This document shows positions 1-10,331 of a stretch of 64,000 nucleotides of DNA, one piece after another; position 1 is the stretch's first letter; the number at the start of each line of letters is the position of its first letter. The stretch comes from Escherichia phage vB_EcoS-26175I, in the sequence record NC_133255.1. One strand, given 5' to 3'. The notes beneath the pieces were generated by a model that worked only from the letters and a program-made list of their open reading frames with translations, had not been told where the DNA came from and made no database searches. The position numbers were made by a program, and so were the translations under genes.

Positions 1-342
1 AAAAAGTTTTTATGCGGGAAAGTATTATTTTGAACCGACGTTAGAATAAAACGGCGACCGGATTTAACTTCCCATTGTTCAACGGTACTAGAAACAATTC
101 CCGCCGCTTCTGGACGATCATCATTTTTAATCGCCTTTTCAGCTTTTGCCGCTTTCGGTTTCGCTGGCTTATTTGCTTCCAGCCAGTCACAAATTGCGGT
201 CGAATGTTTCGGCGTATCATAAACAGCTTTTGAAATATCGTCGCAAACTTCCAATTTAGTAGCGCGTAAACGCTTACCATAGAAATTAAAATCAGCGGCC
301 ATTTTCAAAATTTGAGCTTGTTTTTCTGCGGAAATATTCATA
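1..342 (-). CDS. hypothetical protein, 3' end truncated by window edge (starts MNISAEKQAQILKMAADFNFYGKR)
   Basis: ATG at 342-340 preceded by AGGAG; open frame without stops to position 1; not in ORF track because no stop lies in the window. Confidence 0.45.
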
Positions 343-447
343 ACTAAATCAACTCCTATAAAGGGATAAATATTAATACTGGCAATATTGCCAAATATAA
401 TGCCTTGCCCGAAGTGGGGACTTTTAAAGGCATTATAATTTGCAACA

Positions 448-681
448 TTATTCCGATAAAATAAATTGCACTTGTTCAATTACCGAAAGAATAAGCGCGG
501 TAATAATAAAGAATCTAGCCAGCCATAAGGCGCTATTTTGAGACTGTAAAAGCCATTTAGTATTTGTAACACTAATTGCTTTATTAGCGTATTCAAGGCA
601 AAGTGAACCGAATTTATATTCTAGAGTATAGAATAATGCCGCCATGAAATAACAAGCTAGAACTATATAAATGTTAATCAC
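448..681 (-). CDS. small hydrophobic membrane protein
   Basis: 77-aa ORF with two hydrophobic segments. Confidence 0.4.
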   Translation of the reverse strand: MINIYIVLACYFMAALFYTLEYKFGSLCLEYANKAISVTNTKWLLQSQNSALWLARFFIITALILSVIEQVQFILSE

Positions 682-730
682 TAAATTCTCCTTTAAGGGA
701 TAGCGGGGAATAATCCCCGCTAATTAAAAT

Positions 731-1147
731 TTATTCACCTGCGGCCTGTTTTACTTCCTCCGCTACGCCTAACAATTGCGCTACGGCTTCCAGCGTTTCA
801 AGTTTTGCACTTTCCAAACTTGCCAGATCATCGGCATCTTTAATAACGCCAGCATCAATGGCATGTTTAGCCATAACGCGCACATAGTGAGCTTTACGGA
901 TTGAGCTACCGCCGCCAACTTTGCGAGGCTTGTCGCTTTTCTGATACGCTTTCGCGCTGGTCAGTTTAGAACGTACAGACACTGGACTAGCAGCGCCAAC
1001 GGCGGCGGCAATTTCTTTCAGGCCGTCACTGTTAGCAAATTCAATTCCGCTTTTAGCGACCATTTCAGAATACATAGAAACAGCTTTTTCGGTGTTTTCT
1101 TCGTTCCAAGAGAATTTTGCGGTTTTTTCGGTTTTAACGTTAGACAT
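731..1147 (-). CDS. hypothetical pre-early-region protein, Ala/Lys-rich
   Basis: 138-aa ORF; position in the pre-early-like segment. Confidence 0.5.
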   Translation of the reverse strand: MSNVKTEKTAKFSWNEENTEKAVSMYSEMVAKSGIEFANSDGLKEIAAAVGAASPVSVRSKLTSAKAYQKSDKPRKVGGGSSIRKAHYVRVMAKHAIDAGVIKDADDLASLESAKLETLEAVAQLLGVAEEVKQAAGE

Positions 1148-1454
1148 AGTTTAATACTCCATTCAATTATTAATTAAGGGATTATGATTAACTAAATGTT
1201 AATCGCTATATATTCTAATTAGATAATTAATATTACCGCTTTCGCTTAGACAATTAATTATTTAATACAGCTAGAATATATAACGGAAACATTTTATTTT
1301 TATTTCCTATTTAATGCCTTTTAGCGGCGACATTGTATATATACGCTGTCGATCTGATCACTATTACCCCATTCGACGGGAATCGTTAACGCTAGATTAT
1401 TCGAATCATCGTTATAGCCTGATTAAGCGTGATATGTTTAGTTACTACCGCTTA

Positions 1455-1706
1455 TTATGCGATAGCTTGCCATTTATCTTCCTTTTGAATGACCTTTACA
1501 ACGTCGCCAGATTTAACGCGAACGTTATAAATTGGCTTGCCGTTGTTACTGCGTTCCGTTTCAGCGTATACCGCTTCGATTTTATCGAAAGGAACAAGCG
1601 CCGCACCTTTAATACGTTCGGCTTTTCCGGTTAATTCATCCGTTTTAGTAACAAAAGGAATGAATACAGATTGACCTACTTTCGGCGCGGTAATAACGTT
1701 TTGCAT
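1455..1706 (-). CDS. hypothetical protein
   Basis: 83-aa ORF with a globular-looking sequence. Confidence 0.4.
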   Translation of the reverse strand: MQNVITAPKVGQSVFIPFVTKTDELTGKAERIKGAALVPFDKIEAVYAETERSNNGKPIYNVRVKSGDVVKVIQKEDKWQAIA

Positions 1707-1870
1707 TTTTAATACTCCGGTTTATTGGGGATTATTCCACAATAGCGCCTCGATACTTTGAAACGCTATTAGATTATAATCCGCTAGGAGTTAGCCTAAA
1801 CATTACCGTTATCCAAATTGTTAAAGAGCAGTTACTACGGGGAACATCTTAAAACCTATCGGCTAGCGTG

Positions 1871-2089
1871 TCAAGCGTTTTTTAAACTTTTTTCGATTTG
1901 ATGGGAGTTATATAAATCAATCATTATATTACGCCACACCATTTCCAGACCTTGCTGCTTGCCTTTCTTGTATTGCTTGAATCGGTATTTTACCGATCGT
2001 TGCGCTACTGTCAACAAATTTTTTGTTCTGCTATCTAATGCACTAGCAGGTTTCGCACTAATCACTAAAGCGTTTTTTGATTTGATCAT
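1871..2089 (-). CDS. small basic hypothetical protein
   Basis: 72-aa ORF with weak RBS. Confidence 0.3.
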   Translation of the reverse strand: MIKSKNALVISAKPASALDSRTKNLLTVAQRSVKYRFKQYKKGKQQGLEMVWRNIMIDLYNSHQIEKSLKNA

Positions 2090-2159
2090 TATCGTCGATT
2101 CCTTATATTATATAAGTTTACCGCCGATAGGCTTTAAGATGTTCCCTAGTTTTTAAAGA

Positions 2160-3160
2160 GCGCGGCGGTAAACTTTCCCGCCGTGTAGTTCGTCATTGCC
2201 GCCCTACGTGATAAATAATAGGAGAATACCGAGAAGGGCGCAACCTTATTTTTGTAAAGAAACGTAAAGACAAACGCCACTGCACCACGTCCAGCGGCGC
2301 ACTAAATTTAATGAAACGGGCGCGCGAATAACACCAAAACAACCATTTTAGCAAGTAATTTTCTCATTTATATTTGCTTTGCCCTACTTGACAAAATCTA
2401 AAATCCTCGTGGTGAGGTTTTCTCGGTGTACCCCTTATGATTGCCTATCTTTTCCTTTGAGGCGCTTAGAATGCGTTACAGAGCGTTTTAGACCCTGTTA
2501 ATAACTTATACAAAAAGCAAAAATGAAATTTAATGAGTTATCCACTTGATTTTTCAAAAAAGTATTTTCTGCTATTATTTTTCATTGACAAATAAGTTTA
2601 GACGTGCATTGATTGGTTAGCAGACTAACAATCGCTAGGATGATAATCACGCTGGTGGATTGTAACAGCTGAAACAGTTAGCAGACTATTAATACTCTAG
2701 AAACCTGTTAGCCAACTAACTATTTCATATTATATAATATACATATAAATTAATAAGAAATAATAACTATAAGAAACTATCAGCTAAGTGAGAACCACTA
2801 TCATTTAGGTTATTCACAAAGTTATCCACAGCACAAAATAACTTGACGCAATAGGCGACGTTTTGGCGACTTATCCACAGACTTATATACAGGTTATCCT
2901 ACTGTATAAATATACAGGGTAAATAGGTAGCAGTAACAACCGCAATCAAATTTAAGCGGCCTAGAACGCATTCTAAGCGATTTTCTCACTGCTACCCTTA
3001 TTATAATAAAGCCTTGTGTACGCTTACAGAGAGCTAGAAATAGAAAACGCGCGGTTATCATAAAAACAGGCAGTAGGCAAGGAATAAAAAACCTTTTCTT
3101 TTTTCTTGCCCCTAGCGAACAATTATCTATATCATTCACTCACCGATTAACGAGGGAGAC
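2160..3160. repeat. non-coding module A: DnaA-box-like sites (TTATCCACA near 2822-2830 and 2871-2879, TTATCCACT near 2538-2546), palindrome CTGTATAAATATACAG near 2901-2917, repeated GTTAGCAGACTA motifs, and a ~27-bp element TTAGAATGCGTTACAGAGCGTTTTAGA (about 2466-2492) with an inverted partial copy near 2966-2980
   Basis: Motifs read directly from the sequence; the same elements recur at 5800-5975. Confidence 0.6.
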
Positions 3161-3166
3161 AAAGAA

Positions 3167-4168
3167 ATGTCTACTGTAAGAATTGCAGTACCAGCAAACG
3201 CCACTATTATTAAGGGTAGTTTGCGCAACCTGCTAGACGGATCAAGTCCAGCAAGCCTACAACATACGGCGGCAATGGTTGAAAAGATTCACGATGATAT
3301 TTTAGATAATAATGATACTCATTATTGTTTAAGTGATTTCACACAACTACTAGACCCTACCCGCGTTCTAGTGCTTTACAACCGTGACTATCACATCATG
3401 CGAAATCAGCGGGGAAGCGATATTGATTTTATCATTGTAGGTCACGACGAAAAAAGCTATATTGCCCGTGGTTACAATGTACAAGAAAAGGAAATGGTTT
3501 TCGCTACTCGCGTAAATGGTATTAATTCCAGCGATGTAGAAGATTTACTATCTAGTATTTGGGGCGAATTGACAAGCGCCATTAAACGTGCTGATAGTGA
3601 CGCAATCGAAACAACTGGCGTATTGTGTTTTGAACGCGCTAGCGGTAACATGTTGATCCCTAACGATTATTTAGAGTATGGGAATGAATCAAACGTTGCA
3701 AACGCTGGATTTACACTTTTACCGCTTGACAATGTAACAAAACAGGCTGTAAGATCTAACACTCAAACTTCAAGCGCAAATGCGCAAACTACTGAAAATA
3801 AAGGAAATATTATGTCTAAAGTATCTTCTATCGTTGCTGCTAACAAATCTGCTGTTGTAAACGCTGCTAAACTGGAAGCGGGTAAAATTGCACTGACTCA
3901 AATCACAAAAGTAGCGGCGAAAAAAGCACCGTTTATGATTAAAGGGTATATTGATACGCCGATTGGTCGTGTAGTGATCGCTAACCTGCTGAGTGTAGCG
4001 GTTGACCAGTACGCCCCGACTAATGCGAAAGCGAAAGCGGTAGCAGGCGCGGCAATGGAAGCAGCAATGCTGGAAATGGTGCAGAGTTTCAATATTGCTG
4101 AAATGATCGATGAAATGGTAAAAGGCATTGACATTTCTACTTTTACCACTAACACCGAAAGCGAGTAA
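3167..4168 (+). CDS. hypothetical protein with Ala-rich C-terminal half
   Basis: 333-aa ORF with GAGGGAG RBS; followed by a hairpin plus T-run. Confidence 0.6.
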   Translation: MSTVRIAVPANATIIKGSLRNLLDGSSPASLQHTAAMVEKIHDDILDNNDTHYCLSDFTQLLDPTRVLVLYNRDYHIMRNQRGSDIDFIIVGHDEKSYIARGYNVQEKEMVFATRVNGINSSDVEDLLSSIWGELTSAIKRADSDAIETTGVLCFERASGNMLIPNDYLEYGNESNVANAGFTLLPLDNVTKQAVRSNTQTSSANAQTTENKGNIMSKVSSIVAANKSAVVNAAKLEAGKIALTQITKVAAKKAPFMIKGYIDTPIGRVVIANLLSVAVDQYAPTNAKAKAVAGAAMEAAMLEMVQSFNIAEMIDEMVKGIDISTFTTNTESE

Positions 4169-4195
4169 TAAATAGTCTAATGTAAAGTTTTGTAA

Positions 4196-4224
4196 AGGTC
4201 GCCCTAATCGGCGGCCTTTTTTGT
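4196..4224 (+). terminator. rho-independent terminator
   Basis: GC hairpin (GGTCGCC...GGCGGCC) followed by TTTTTT, just after the 4168 stop. Confidence 0.5.
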
Positions 4225-4287
4225 TATAATGCCTTTACACCGAAACGGTGGACTGAAAATTTTCCCTAATTTCTAGGAGGCGTTAAA

Positions 4288-4437
4288 ATGGTTATTTTTC
4301 GATCTATTCTGGCTAGTATCTTGGGCGCTATTTTATCCTTGTTTGTAATAGCTTTCGGCGTTCACGTGGTTATTATTGGAGCAGGTATCGCGGGGTTTTC
4401 TTACTTGTTAGGCTGTATGACTGGTAAAGGGGAATAA
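4288..4437 (+). CDS. 49-aa hydrophobic membrane peptide (MVIFRSILASILGAILSLFVIAFGVHVVIIGAGIAGFSYLLGCMTGKGE)
   Basis: Strong RBS TAGGAGG 8 nt upstream; frame checked codon by codon; below the ORF-track size cutoff. Confidence 0.5.
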   Translation: MVIFRSILASILGAILSLFVIAFGVHVVIIGAGIAGFSYLLGCMTGKGE

Positions 4438-4439
4438 AA

Positions 4440-4652
4440 ATGTTAAAGAATGTTTCCCTTGCCCGTTCCAAAGGTTTTAAGCTGGTGGATGTTAACACGT
4501 TCGAGCGTCCAGATTGTAAAATCGAATATGTAGCACGCAACAAAAACGCTTTCCGTGTTACAGAAAAGAAATTTGACAAGCGCGGCAATTTGGTAGCCGA
4601 AACGGTCAAACACTTTGCCACCTTTTACGCTGCATTTCGTGGGGTATTATAA
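4440..4652 (+). CDS. hypothetical protein
   Basis: 70-aa ORF with AAGGGG RBS, tightly packed after the previous gene. Confidence 0.5.
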   Translation: MLKNVSLARSKGFKLVDVNTFERPDCKIEYVARNKNAFRVTEKKFDKRGNLVAETVKHFATFYAAFRGVL

Positions 4653-4758
4653 TGGAAAGGGCAATTGTTAAAATGTTAACTTTTGTTTGTGGCGTGTCTA
4701 GTGCTACTCTGTTGATCACGCTAGTGATTATGATTATCCGTGACGCGAGGATCTTTTA

Positions 4759-5103
4759 ATGGTAATTTATGAGGGCAATCGTTTTGTTACTAATTGCCGT
4801 CCGGCATTATTAGCAAACTATTTAAATCAGCTTTCACCAGTTTATAAAGGCGTAGTTAATATCTATGAGGGCAAAGCACATTATAAGATTAATGCCATTG
4901 TTGCCCGTGAACTAGCGTTTCAATTTTTAACTTTCGGGTCTTGTGACGTTCAGGTTATGGGGGAAGCGTTAATAGCAGAAAATGAAAATGAATTTATCGA
5001 CATTTTCCGCAAAGTATATACAGAGCGCCTGATTATGAAAGGCGCGTATATTCAATCAACCGCTGAAAGTATCGAAACAGCGTTTCGAAAGGTGGCGCAA
5101 TGA
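4759..5103 (+). CDS. hypothetical protein
   Basis: 114-aa ORF with GAGG RBS. Confidence 0.55.
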   Translation: MVIYEGNRFVTNCRPALLANYLNQLSPVYKGVVNIYEGKAHYKINAIVARELAFQFLTFGSCDVQVMGEALIAENENEFIDIFRKVYTERLIMKGAYIQSTAESIETAFRKVAQ

Positions 5104-5285
5104 CTAGAAATGAAGCTGTTAAAGCTATGTTAGAAGGTAAAAAAGTAACTCATCGTTATTTTTCCATGCATGAATATTTATTCATGAAATATGAAGTGAT
5201 CACCACGGAGGATGGTTATAAATTTAATCATGAATTTTATAGCCGTGAAATGTTTAATGATGGCTGGCAGCTTTATTATGAATAG
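5100..5285 (+). CDS. hypothetical protein
   Basis: 61-aa ORF with ATGA start/stop overlap to the upstream gene. Confidence 0.45.
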   Translation: MTRNEAVKAMLEGKKVTHRYFSMHEYLFMKYEVITTEDGYKFNHEFYSREMFNDGWQLYYE

Positions 5286-5522
5286 CTGGTGGCGTAAAAC
5301 GCAAAGTCACAAATCTAATAATACCGCTGGGAATGTTTCCCAGCGTTTACGATTTGGTAATGGCTTTACAATGATATTGATAATCATTCTCATTCTAGGA
5401 GCGATGGCGTTATGAGACTATATATTTTCGTGGGTAATATTAAGCCTGCTAATGATCCCAACGGTGGCGACAATATCCGCCGCTATTTTCAACAATACAT
5501 CTATTAATAACGGGGCGTTACT

Positions 5523-5717
5523 ATGAGTGATAAAATTGTTATTCGTAAAACTAGTGTTACCGTGGATACATTCTATGTAGAAGATACAAAAGAAAACCGC
5601 GCAATTTGTGAGAATCAAGAGTATGACAAACTTATATATGATGAGTATGGTTACTACACTAATCTAGTAGATTCCTACGGTGAAAGCGTAGAGTTCTCCC
5701 ATCAAATACCGGACTAA
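5523..5717 (+). CDS. hypothetical protein
   Basis: 64-aa ORF followed by a terminator hairpin. Confidence 0.45.
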   Translation: MSDKIVIRKTSVTVDTFYVEDTKENRAICENQEYDKLIYDEYGYYTNLVDSYGESVEFSHQIPD

Positions 5718-5723
5718 TAATAA

Positions 5724-5756
5724 CGGGGCGCAACTATCGGCCCCGCCTTTTCTGGC
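5724..5756 (+). terminator. rho-independent terminator
   Basis: CGGGG...CCCCG stem followed by CCTTTTCT. Confidence 0.5.
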
Positions 5757-5799
5757 CTTCCTCAAATTTTCCCTTATTAAAATACCCCCTCCAAAAATA

Positions 5800-5975
5800 A
5801 ACGCGTTAGAATGCGTTACAGAGCGTTTTAGAGCTATATTAGAGTTATTCACCACGCAGGAATACTGTATAAATATACAGTAGAATAACCTGTTGATAAG
5901 TCTGTTGATAACGCCTCAAAATCGCTAGGATTTTGTCAAGTCAAATCGTGCTGTTAATAAACCTGTGGATAACTT
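5800..5975. repeat. non-coding module B: second copy of the 27-bp element (about 5806-5832), palindrome TACTGTATAAATATACAGTA (about 5863-5882), tandem TGTTGATAA DnaA-box-like sites (about 5891-5910) and a reverse DnaA box TGTGGATAA (about 5965-5973)
   Basis: Direct comparison with 2160-3160. Confidence 0.6.
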
Positions 5976-5999
5976 AAATAACAGTGTTTCTCACTTCCC

Positions 6000-6900
6000 T
6001 TTCTAAATGCAAATCATTCTCATTATGCGACTCATTCGCATTCAACTCTGTAAATGATAACCATTCTCATTCCGCTTTCTAAACGCGAATCATTCTCATT
6101 CGCATTCAACTTCTCAAATGCGAATCAATCTCATTATCATTCGCATTTCGGCAGGCAGGGCATTTTCATTTTTGCCCTGCGCTTTTGTGCAAATCCGACA
6201 TTTGCCCCCACGGATTACGTGCCAGCGTGCATGTGCGAATCCGACAATTTTTGGTAGTGTGCAAATCCGATGGGAAATATTTTTTATATGTGCGAATCCG
6301 ACAATGAATTTTCCTAAAAACTCCAGCAATCAACAACTGCGATGCAATCCAGCTGGATTTACTAGAATATGTGCAGATCCGACAAGTGTTAAGGTGTGCG
6401 AATCCGACAAGATTTTTGTGACTTCGATGAGAGGGTGTGTGATTGTGTGAGTTTGGGGAGAAGTGCGAATCCGATGAGATTTTGGGAGGAACTACGGAAG
6501 GAGCAGCGGTGTTGGTGCTTCAGCACCGGTTTGCTGCGTTTTTGGGGATAATGTGGGATGTTTTGGCTAGAATTGAGATTAGGGGAGATAAAGCGAAATT
6601 TTATTAGCAAAATGGGGCAGAATAGCTTGACAAGTGAAAATTCCTGTGGCTCTAAAAACTCAGGCAAATATGGGCCTTCGGCCCGAAATAATGCTGCTAT
6701 TTTCAGTGTTCCTAAAAACTTTGGAGACTCCTATCAATGTGCAAATCCGACCATAAATTTCTAGAAACATAATGTGCAAATCCGATAGCAATTTCCAGAA
6801 ATGTGTTTTGGAAAAATGTCTTCTAGAAATAACCGCCCTCCCTATAACCGCCCTCTATAGGAAACCGCCCTAGGATATGTAACGTTGGAGAGAAACTGCC
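6000..6900. repeat. injection-stop-like repeat locus: tandem CATTCTCATT / CATTCGCATTCAAC units (about 6005-6160); about 9 dispersed copies of GTGC(G/A)AATCCGA(C/T) (about 6186-6790); three to four AACCGCCCT units (about 6830-6900)
   Basis: Repeat families read from the sequence; only short junk-like ORFs; irregular spacing, not CRISPR. Confidence 0.6.
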
Positions 6901-7323
6901 CTAGAATGCGTGAGTTTTCCTAGAAACTTAGGAGTCTACTAGAAAGTGTTGTGCCATCCTAGCAGATGAGCGGCAACCGGTGTATCATCTTGAACGTTAA
7001 TTTATCTATTCAACAGTATTAGTTTTTATATAAGTATAAGATCCCCCAGGGTTCTCATATAGAGCTTTGCCCCCCGTCAGAAGGTCTCGTGATGTTTCTA
7101 GTAATCTTTACTAAATTACCTGTTGACTTGTCCTGTCGCTCCGTAACCTACGCTACAAGTCAGTAATTTAAGATTCCTGAACCACCACACCTTCTGTGTG
7201 GCAACTCTAAATGGTTAATTTTATTAACTCATAGAGTTATGATAACATACATTTAGTTATCTGTCAACGAGAGTTTGTATTTGAGTCTCGGTACAGGTAT
7301 TGTGCACCGAGACATGCAGGATC

Positions 7324-8211
7324 TTACAGTAACTCTTGGTATGCTTTTTGATACGCCTCAGTGTTAGTAGGTGTATCTTTTGCAATAGCTATTAATTCAT
7401 CTGTGATCTGAATATTTGTATTATAACGTGTGTGGAACTCGTCAGGAATTTCTAAATATCTATTGATGAATGCTGCAGCAAGCGGTGAAGCTATACCCAT
7501 TTCTAGAACCCATCCAACTTGTTTCTCAAACTTCAGATAAGGAGATTCTGTTTGAGTAGTAGAAGTTTTGGTTTCCTTGACTTCTTTAGTTGGTAGAATT
7601 GGATTTTCATAACGTGCTTCTTCTGGAATAGCAGATCTACGTTCTTTATAAATATAAGTTTCTAGATCCGATGCTTTAGACCCTGAGTACACTGCAAAGA
7701 CACTTGCTTTACCTTGTGATGCTCTAATTGGAAGATAACAATTTGGATAGCTTCTTAAGGCATCATGGAACGGGCTTCCAGAATATTGATAACGATCTCC
7801 ATATAAATCATCAATATTCATTCGTTCATCTTCAAAGATGTGGAATGCACTAAATGAAGGTAGCGTAAAATATTCTGTCTCTAGCGCACGAATTAAGAAA
7901 CGATGTGCATATGCACTAATCTTAATAACTGTGTAAGGTTTTTCTCCTTCTTTAAGAGCGTTACCCTTAGATGTAACTTGATAACGTTTCCCAAAGAACT
8001 CTACTAAACGTTTCTCATTTAACGAGAGCGTAGAGTATAAACGTCCATTCAGTCCTAGCAAAGTATCAAACATAAATGCTAGCTTATCTTTTTCTTCTTG
8101 GGTTAGTTCAGGGAACGGTAGGATCTTAGCATTTGGAATATTATTTGTTTCCTTAGCTTTTCCTTTGCCAGCATTTTGTCTCAGTTTGTCTTTAAAATTA
8201 TATGTACTCAT
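7324..8211 (-). CDS. hypothetical early protein
   Basis: 295-aa ORF. Confidence 0.6.
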   Translation of the reverse strand: MSTYNFKDKLRQNAGKGKAKETNNIPNAKILPFPELTQEEKDKLAFMFDTLLGLNGRLYSTLSLNEKRLVEFFGKRYQVTSKGNALKEGEKPYTVIKISAYAHRFLIRALETEYFTLPSFSAFHIFEDERMNIDDLYGDRYQYSGSPFHDALRSYPNCYLPIRASQGKASVFAVYSGSKASDLETYIYKERRSAIPEEARYENPILPTKEVKETKTSTTQTESPYLKFEKQVGWVLEMGIASPLAAAFINRYLEIPDEFHTRYNTNIQITDELIAIAKDTPTNTEAYQKAYQELL

Positions 8212-8280
8212 TGTGTTTCCTTTTTAAGGTCAGATGACCTGCTTTTTATTTTAAAGCCTCCGTAGAGGCTTGTGTATTAG

Positions 8281-8529
8281 TTACTTTTTATTACGTGGTA
8301 TTACATCTACGCATACTAAACCTAACTGTTTGATAAGACCTGCTAGATAACAGTGATGCAAGATCGCTTCTTTTGGTATTTTACTTATTAACTCAATAAT
8401 AGTACGTAGATCTTGTTGATTAGCAAAGAAAACATGCCTGATTTCTTCTTTTAAGTAAATACCGAACGTATCAGTATTAACAAGTTTTATACTAAAATCT
8501 TCATGTTCATAGGAGAGTAGTATATCCAT
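8281..8529 (-). CDS. hypothetical protein
   Basis: 82-aa ORF abutting the next gene. Confidence 0.45.
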   Translation of the reverse strand: MDILLSYEHEDFSIKLVNTDTFGIYLKEEIRHVFFANQQDLRTIIELISKIPKEAILHHCYLAGLIKQLGLVCVDVIPRNKK

Positions 8530-9140
8530 TAACGACCTCTAGCCTTATCTGCATCAATAGCTTCGAATACTTTCGTTAACATTTCTTCAAGCTCACCTTC
8601 TTTGCTAGGATTGCTCAAACGAATAGTATATGAGTTCCTAGAAACTCCGGAGTCTTCCTGTGCTCCGCGATCTTTAGCAAAGCTCATCATTGTAACGCCA
8701 GCTTTATTCCACTCGTCTACGCTAGACGCTTCCCCAAACTTATATGATTGCGTATTACTCACCACGCCACCACAAGGAATATTGTGCATATCCGACATTA
8801 ATCTTTTATCGGAGTTATTCAGCATTGCGATTGGTCCCGACTGCCACGGATCTCTAATAGTCACTGGAGTACTAGGGCGATTCACCTCAGTCTTCACGAG
8901 TTTGTACCCCGCATCGATCAGTGCATTAATCAGATTATCAGCCGGGATGCGAGCTGTGCCAAAGATAGCACGAGCATTCATGAGTTTAGCCTGAAATTCC
9001 TTGCAACCTTGAAGATCAGTGTGCAAAAACGACAGTTGCATAGATTTAAACTGTACTGTAGCAGTCAGATCTTTAAAGCTGTAATCCCATGTGTCGAGTT
9101 CATGATCTGCTACTACTTTAATGGTTTGTTGTGTAAACAT
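8529..9140 (-). CDS. hypothetical protein
   Basis: 203-aa ORF. Confidence 0.6.
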   Translation of the reverse strand: MFTQQTIKVVADHELDTWDYSFKDLTATVQFKSMQLSFLHTDLQGCKEFQAKLMNARAIFGTARIPADNLINALIDAGYKLVKTEVNRPSTPVTIRDPWQSGPIAMLNNSDKRLMSDMHNIPCGGVVSNTQSYKFGEASSVDEWNKAGVTMMSFAKDRGAQEDSGVSRNSYTIRLSNPSKEGELEEMLTKVFEAIDADKARGR

Positions 9141-9325
9141 TATTTATTCTCCAGTTTATCTAACAGCTTACGAGCTGCGATATTATGTTGTTTAAGTTCA
9201 CGATTGAGAATCTGGTTCTCACTAATTAATTCTAGATTCTTGGTATTAAGACTACTACAGCAAACCACTAATCCTAGAACTGCCACTAGAGACGCTACTA
9301 ATATAACGAGAAATAATATTTCCAT
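9140..9325 (-). CDS. small membrane protein
   Basis: 61-aa ORF with N-terminal transmembrane segment. Confidence 0.45.
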   Translation of the reverse strand: MEILFLVILVASLVAVLGLVVCCSSLNTKNLELISENQILNRELKQHNIAARKLLDKLENK

Positions 9326-9558
9326 TATTTAATTCCCATGTATCTTTTTAGGTATTCGATGAAGTCTTCAGCTTTATGCTCTTGACTGCCCTGAGCCACG
9401 AATAACTTTAGAACCTCACGCTGTTGTTTAAGAACAGAGACTTCTCTCCGCAATTTCACAGTATCGTCAATGATCTGGTTAGCATAACGAGTCTTGCGCA
9501 CAGCGGTATTGATAGCGAAGACTAGTGCGATTAGTAAAATAATTAATACATATTCCAT
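9325..9558 (-). CDS. small membrane protein
   Basis: 77-aa ORF with N-terminal transmembrane segment. Confidence 0.45.
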   Translation of the reverse strand: MEYVLIILLIALVFAINTAVRKTRYANQIIDDTVKLRREVSVLKQQREVLKLFVAQGSQEHKAEDFIEYLKRYMGIK

Positions 9559-9845
9559 CAGTTACTCCAGATTAGCATCCAGCTCTTGTCGAACGTGGCT
9601 GCTCTGTTAATTAATTCGCCCATAGAAACGTTATTGTTGTCTATGGCTTCTTGTACAAACTCTTTACCGAAATCATCTACTAGGTATTCTGTACCATTTA
9701 TAATAATCTTGTAGAGAGTTGGGACTAAAGGATGTTGATGATTAAGAGGACTCTCGTTAACAATTATCTCATTCCTTCCCCACGTCGTCTTGAACAGTTT
9801 GTGGGAGAGTAGAGCTAATGGGTTTGACCAGACTACGTACTCCAT
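9558..9845 (-). CDS. hypothetical protein (start uncertain)
   Basis: 95-aa ORF overlapping the upstream gene by about 77 nt. Confidence 0.35.
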   Translation of the reverse strand: MEYVVWSNPLALLSHKLFKTTWGRNEIIVNESPLNHQHPLVPTLYKIIINGTEYLVDDFGKEFVQEAIDNNNVSMGELINRAATFDKSWMLIWSN

Positions 9846-10311
9846 CTTTCTTTAACTCCTGCTTTAACTTTTGATCTTTATTATACCAAATTATATGCTC
9901 ACCGTCAACTACAAATTTGTGGAAAGGTGCTGGTACGGTGTACACTCCATATTCTGTTAAGCGTGTCACAACTTTATGAGCGCATAATCGGCAACCATGT
10001 CCTTCTAAGTGAGACCGTGCAGTTTGCAAGAAGTAACCATCGTGATCTGGGCAATAGATCTCAACCTGCTGCTGCATAGTTCTATACTTAACTCTCTCAT
10101 ACCCAAAGAACTTACCATGTGCTTCTACAGCTCTCCTAATAAAAATAAGATTAAGTGCGTCTTGCTGGAAGTCTGGATGAAGTTGTTTAAGTTTAGTTCT
10201 ATTAATAGATCCATCTGATTTAGTGAATCTATTTATGGGGAATTGTAATGATTCCTCATAAAGTAATTCGTTTATTTTATCTCTCATAGTATACACGAAA
10301 GGCCAGAACAA
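9769..10311 (-). CDS. hypothetical protein with Cys/His cluster (HLEGHGCRLCAH)
   Basis: 180-aa ORF. Confidence 0.5.
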   Translation of the reverse strand: MFWPFVYTMRDKINELLYEESLQFPINRFTKSDGSINRTKLKQLHPDFQQDALNLIFIRRAVEAHGKFFGYERVKYRTMQQQVEIYCPDHDGYFLQTARSHLEGHGCRLCAHKVVTRLTEYGVYTVPAPFHKFVVDGEHIIWYNKDQKLKQELKKDGVRSLVKPISSTLPQTVQDDVGKE

Positions 10312-10331
10312 TTAAGTCCTGGCCTCTAGGA

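Noticed and set aside
41-280. 79-aa minus-strand ORF at the window start
   Set aside because: Arg/Lys-rich junk-like translation; a different frame over the same DNA gives a clean open frame from an RBS-supported ATG at 342 to the window edge, which I annotated instead.
6054-6764. Small ORFs inside the 6.0-6.9 kb repeat locus (6054-6257, 6114-6329, 6118-6450, 6389-6667, 6558-6764)
   Set aside because: Mutually overlapping on both strands, composed of repeat units, junk-like translations and no ribosome-binding sites.
6000-6900. Possible CRISPR array
   Set aside because: Repeats are short (12-14 bp), of several unrelated families, irregularly spaced and without unique spacers of uniform length.
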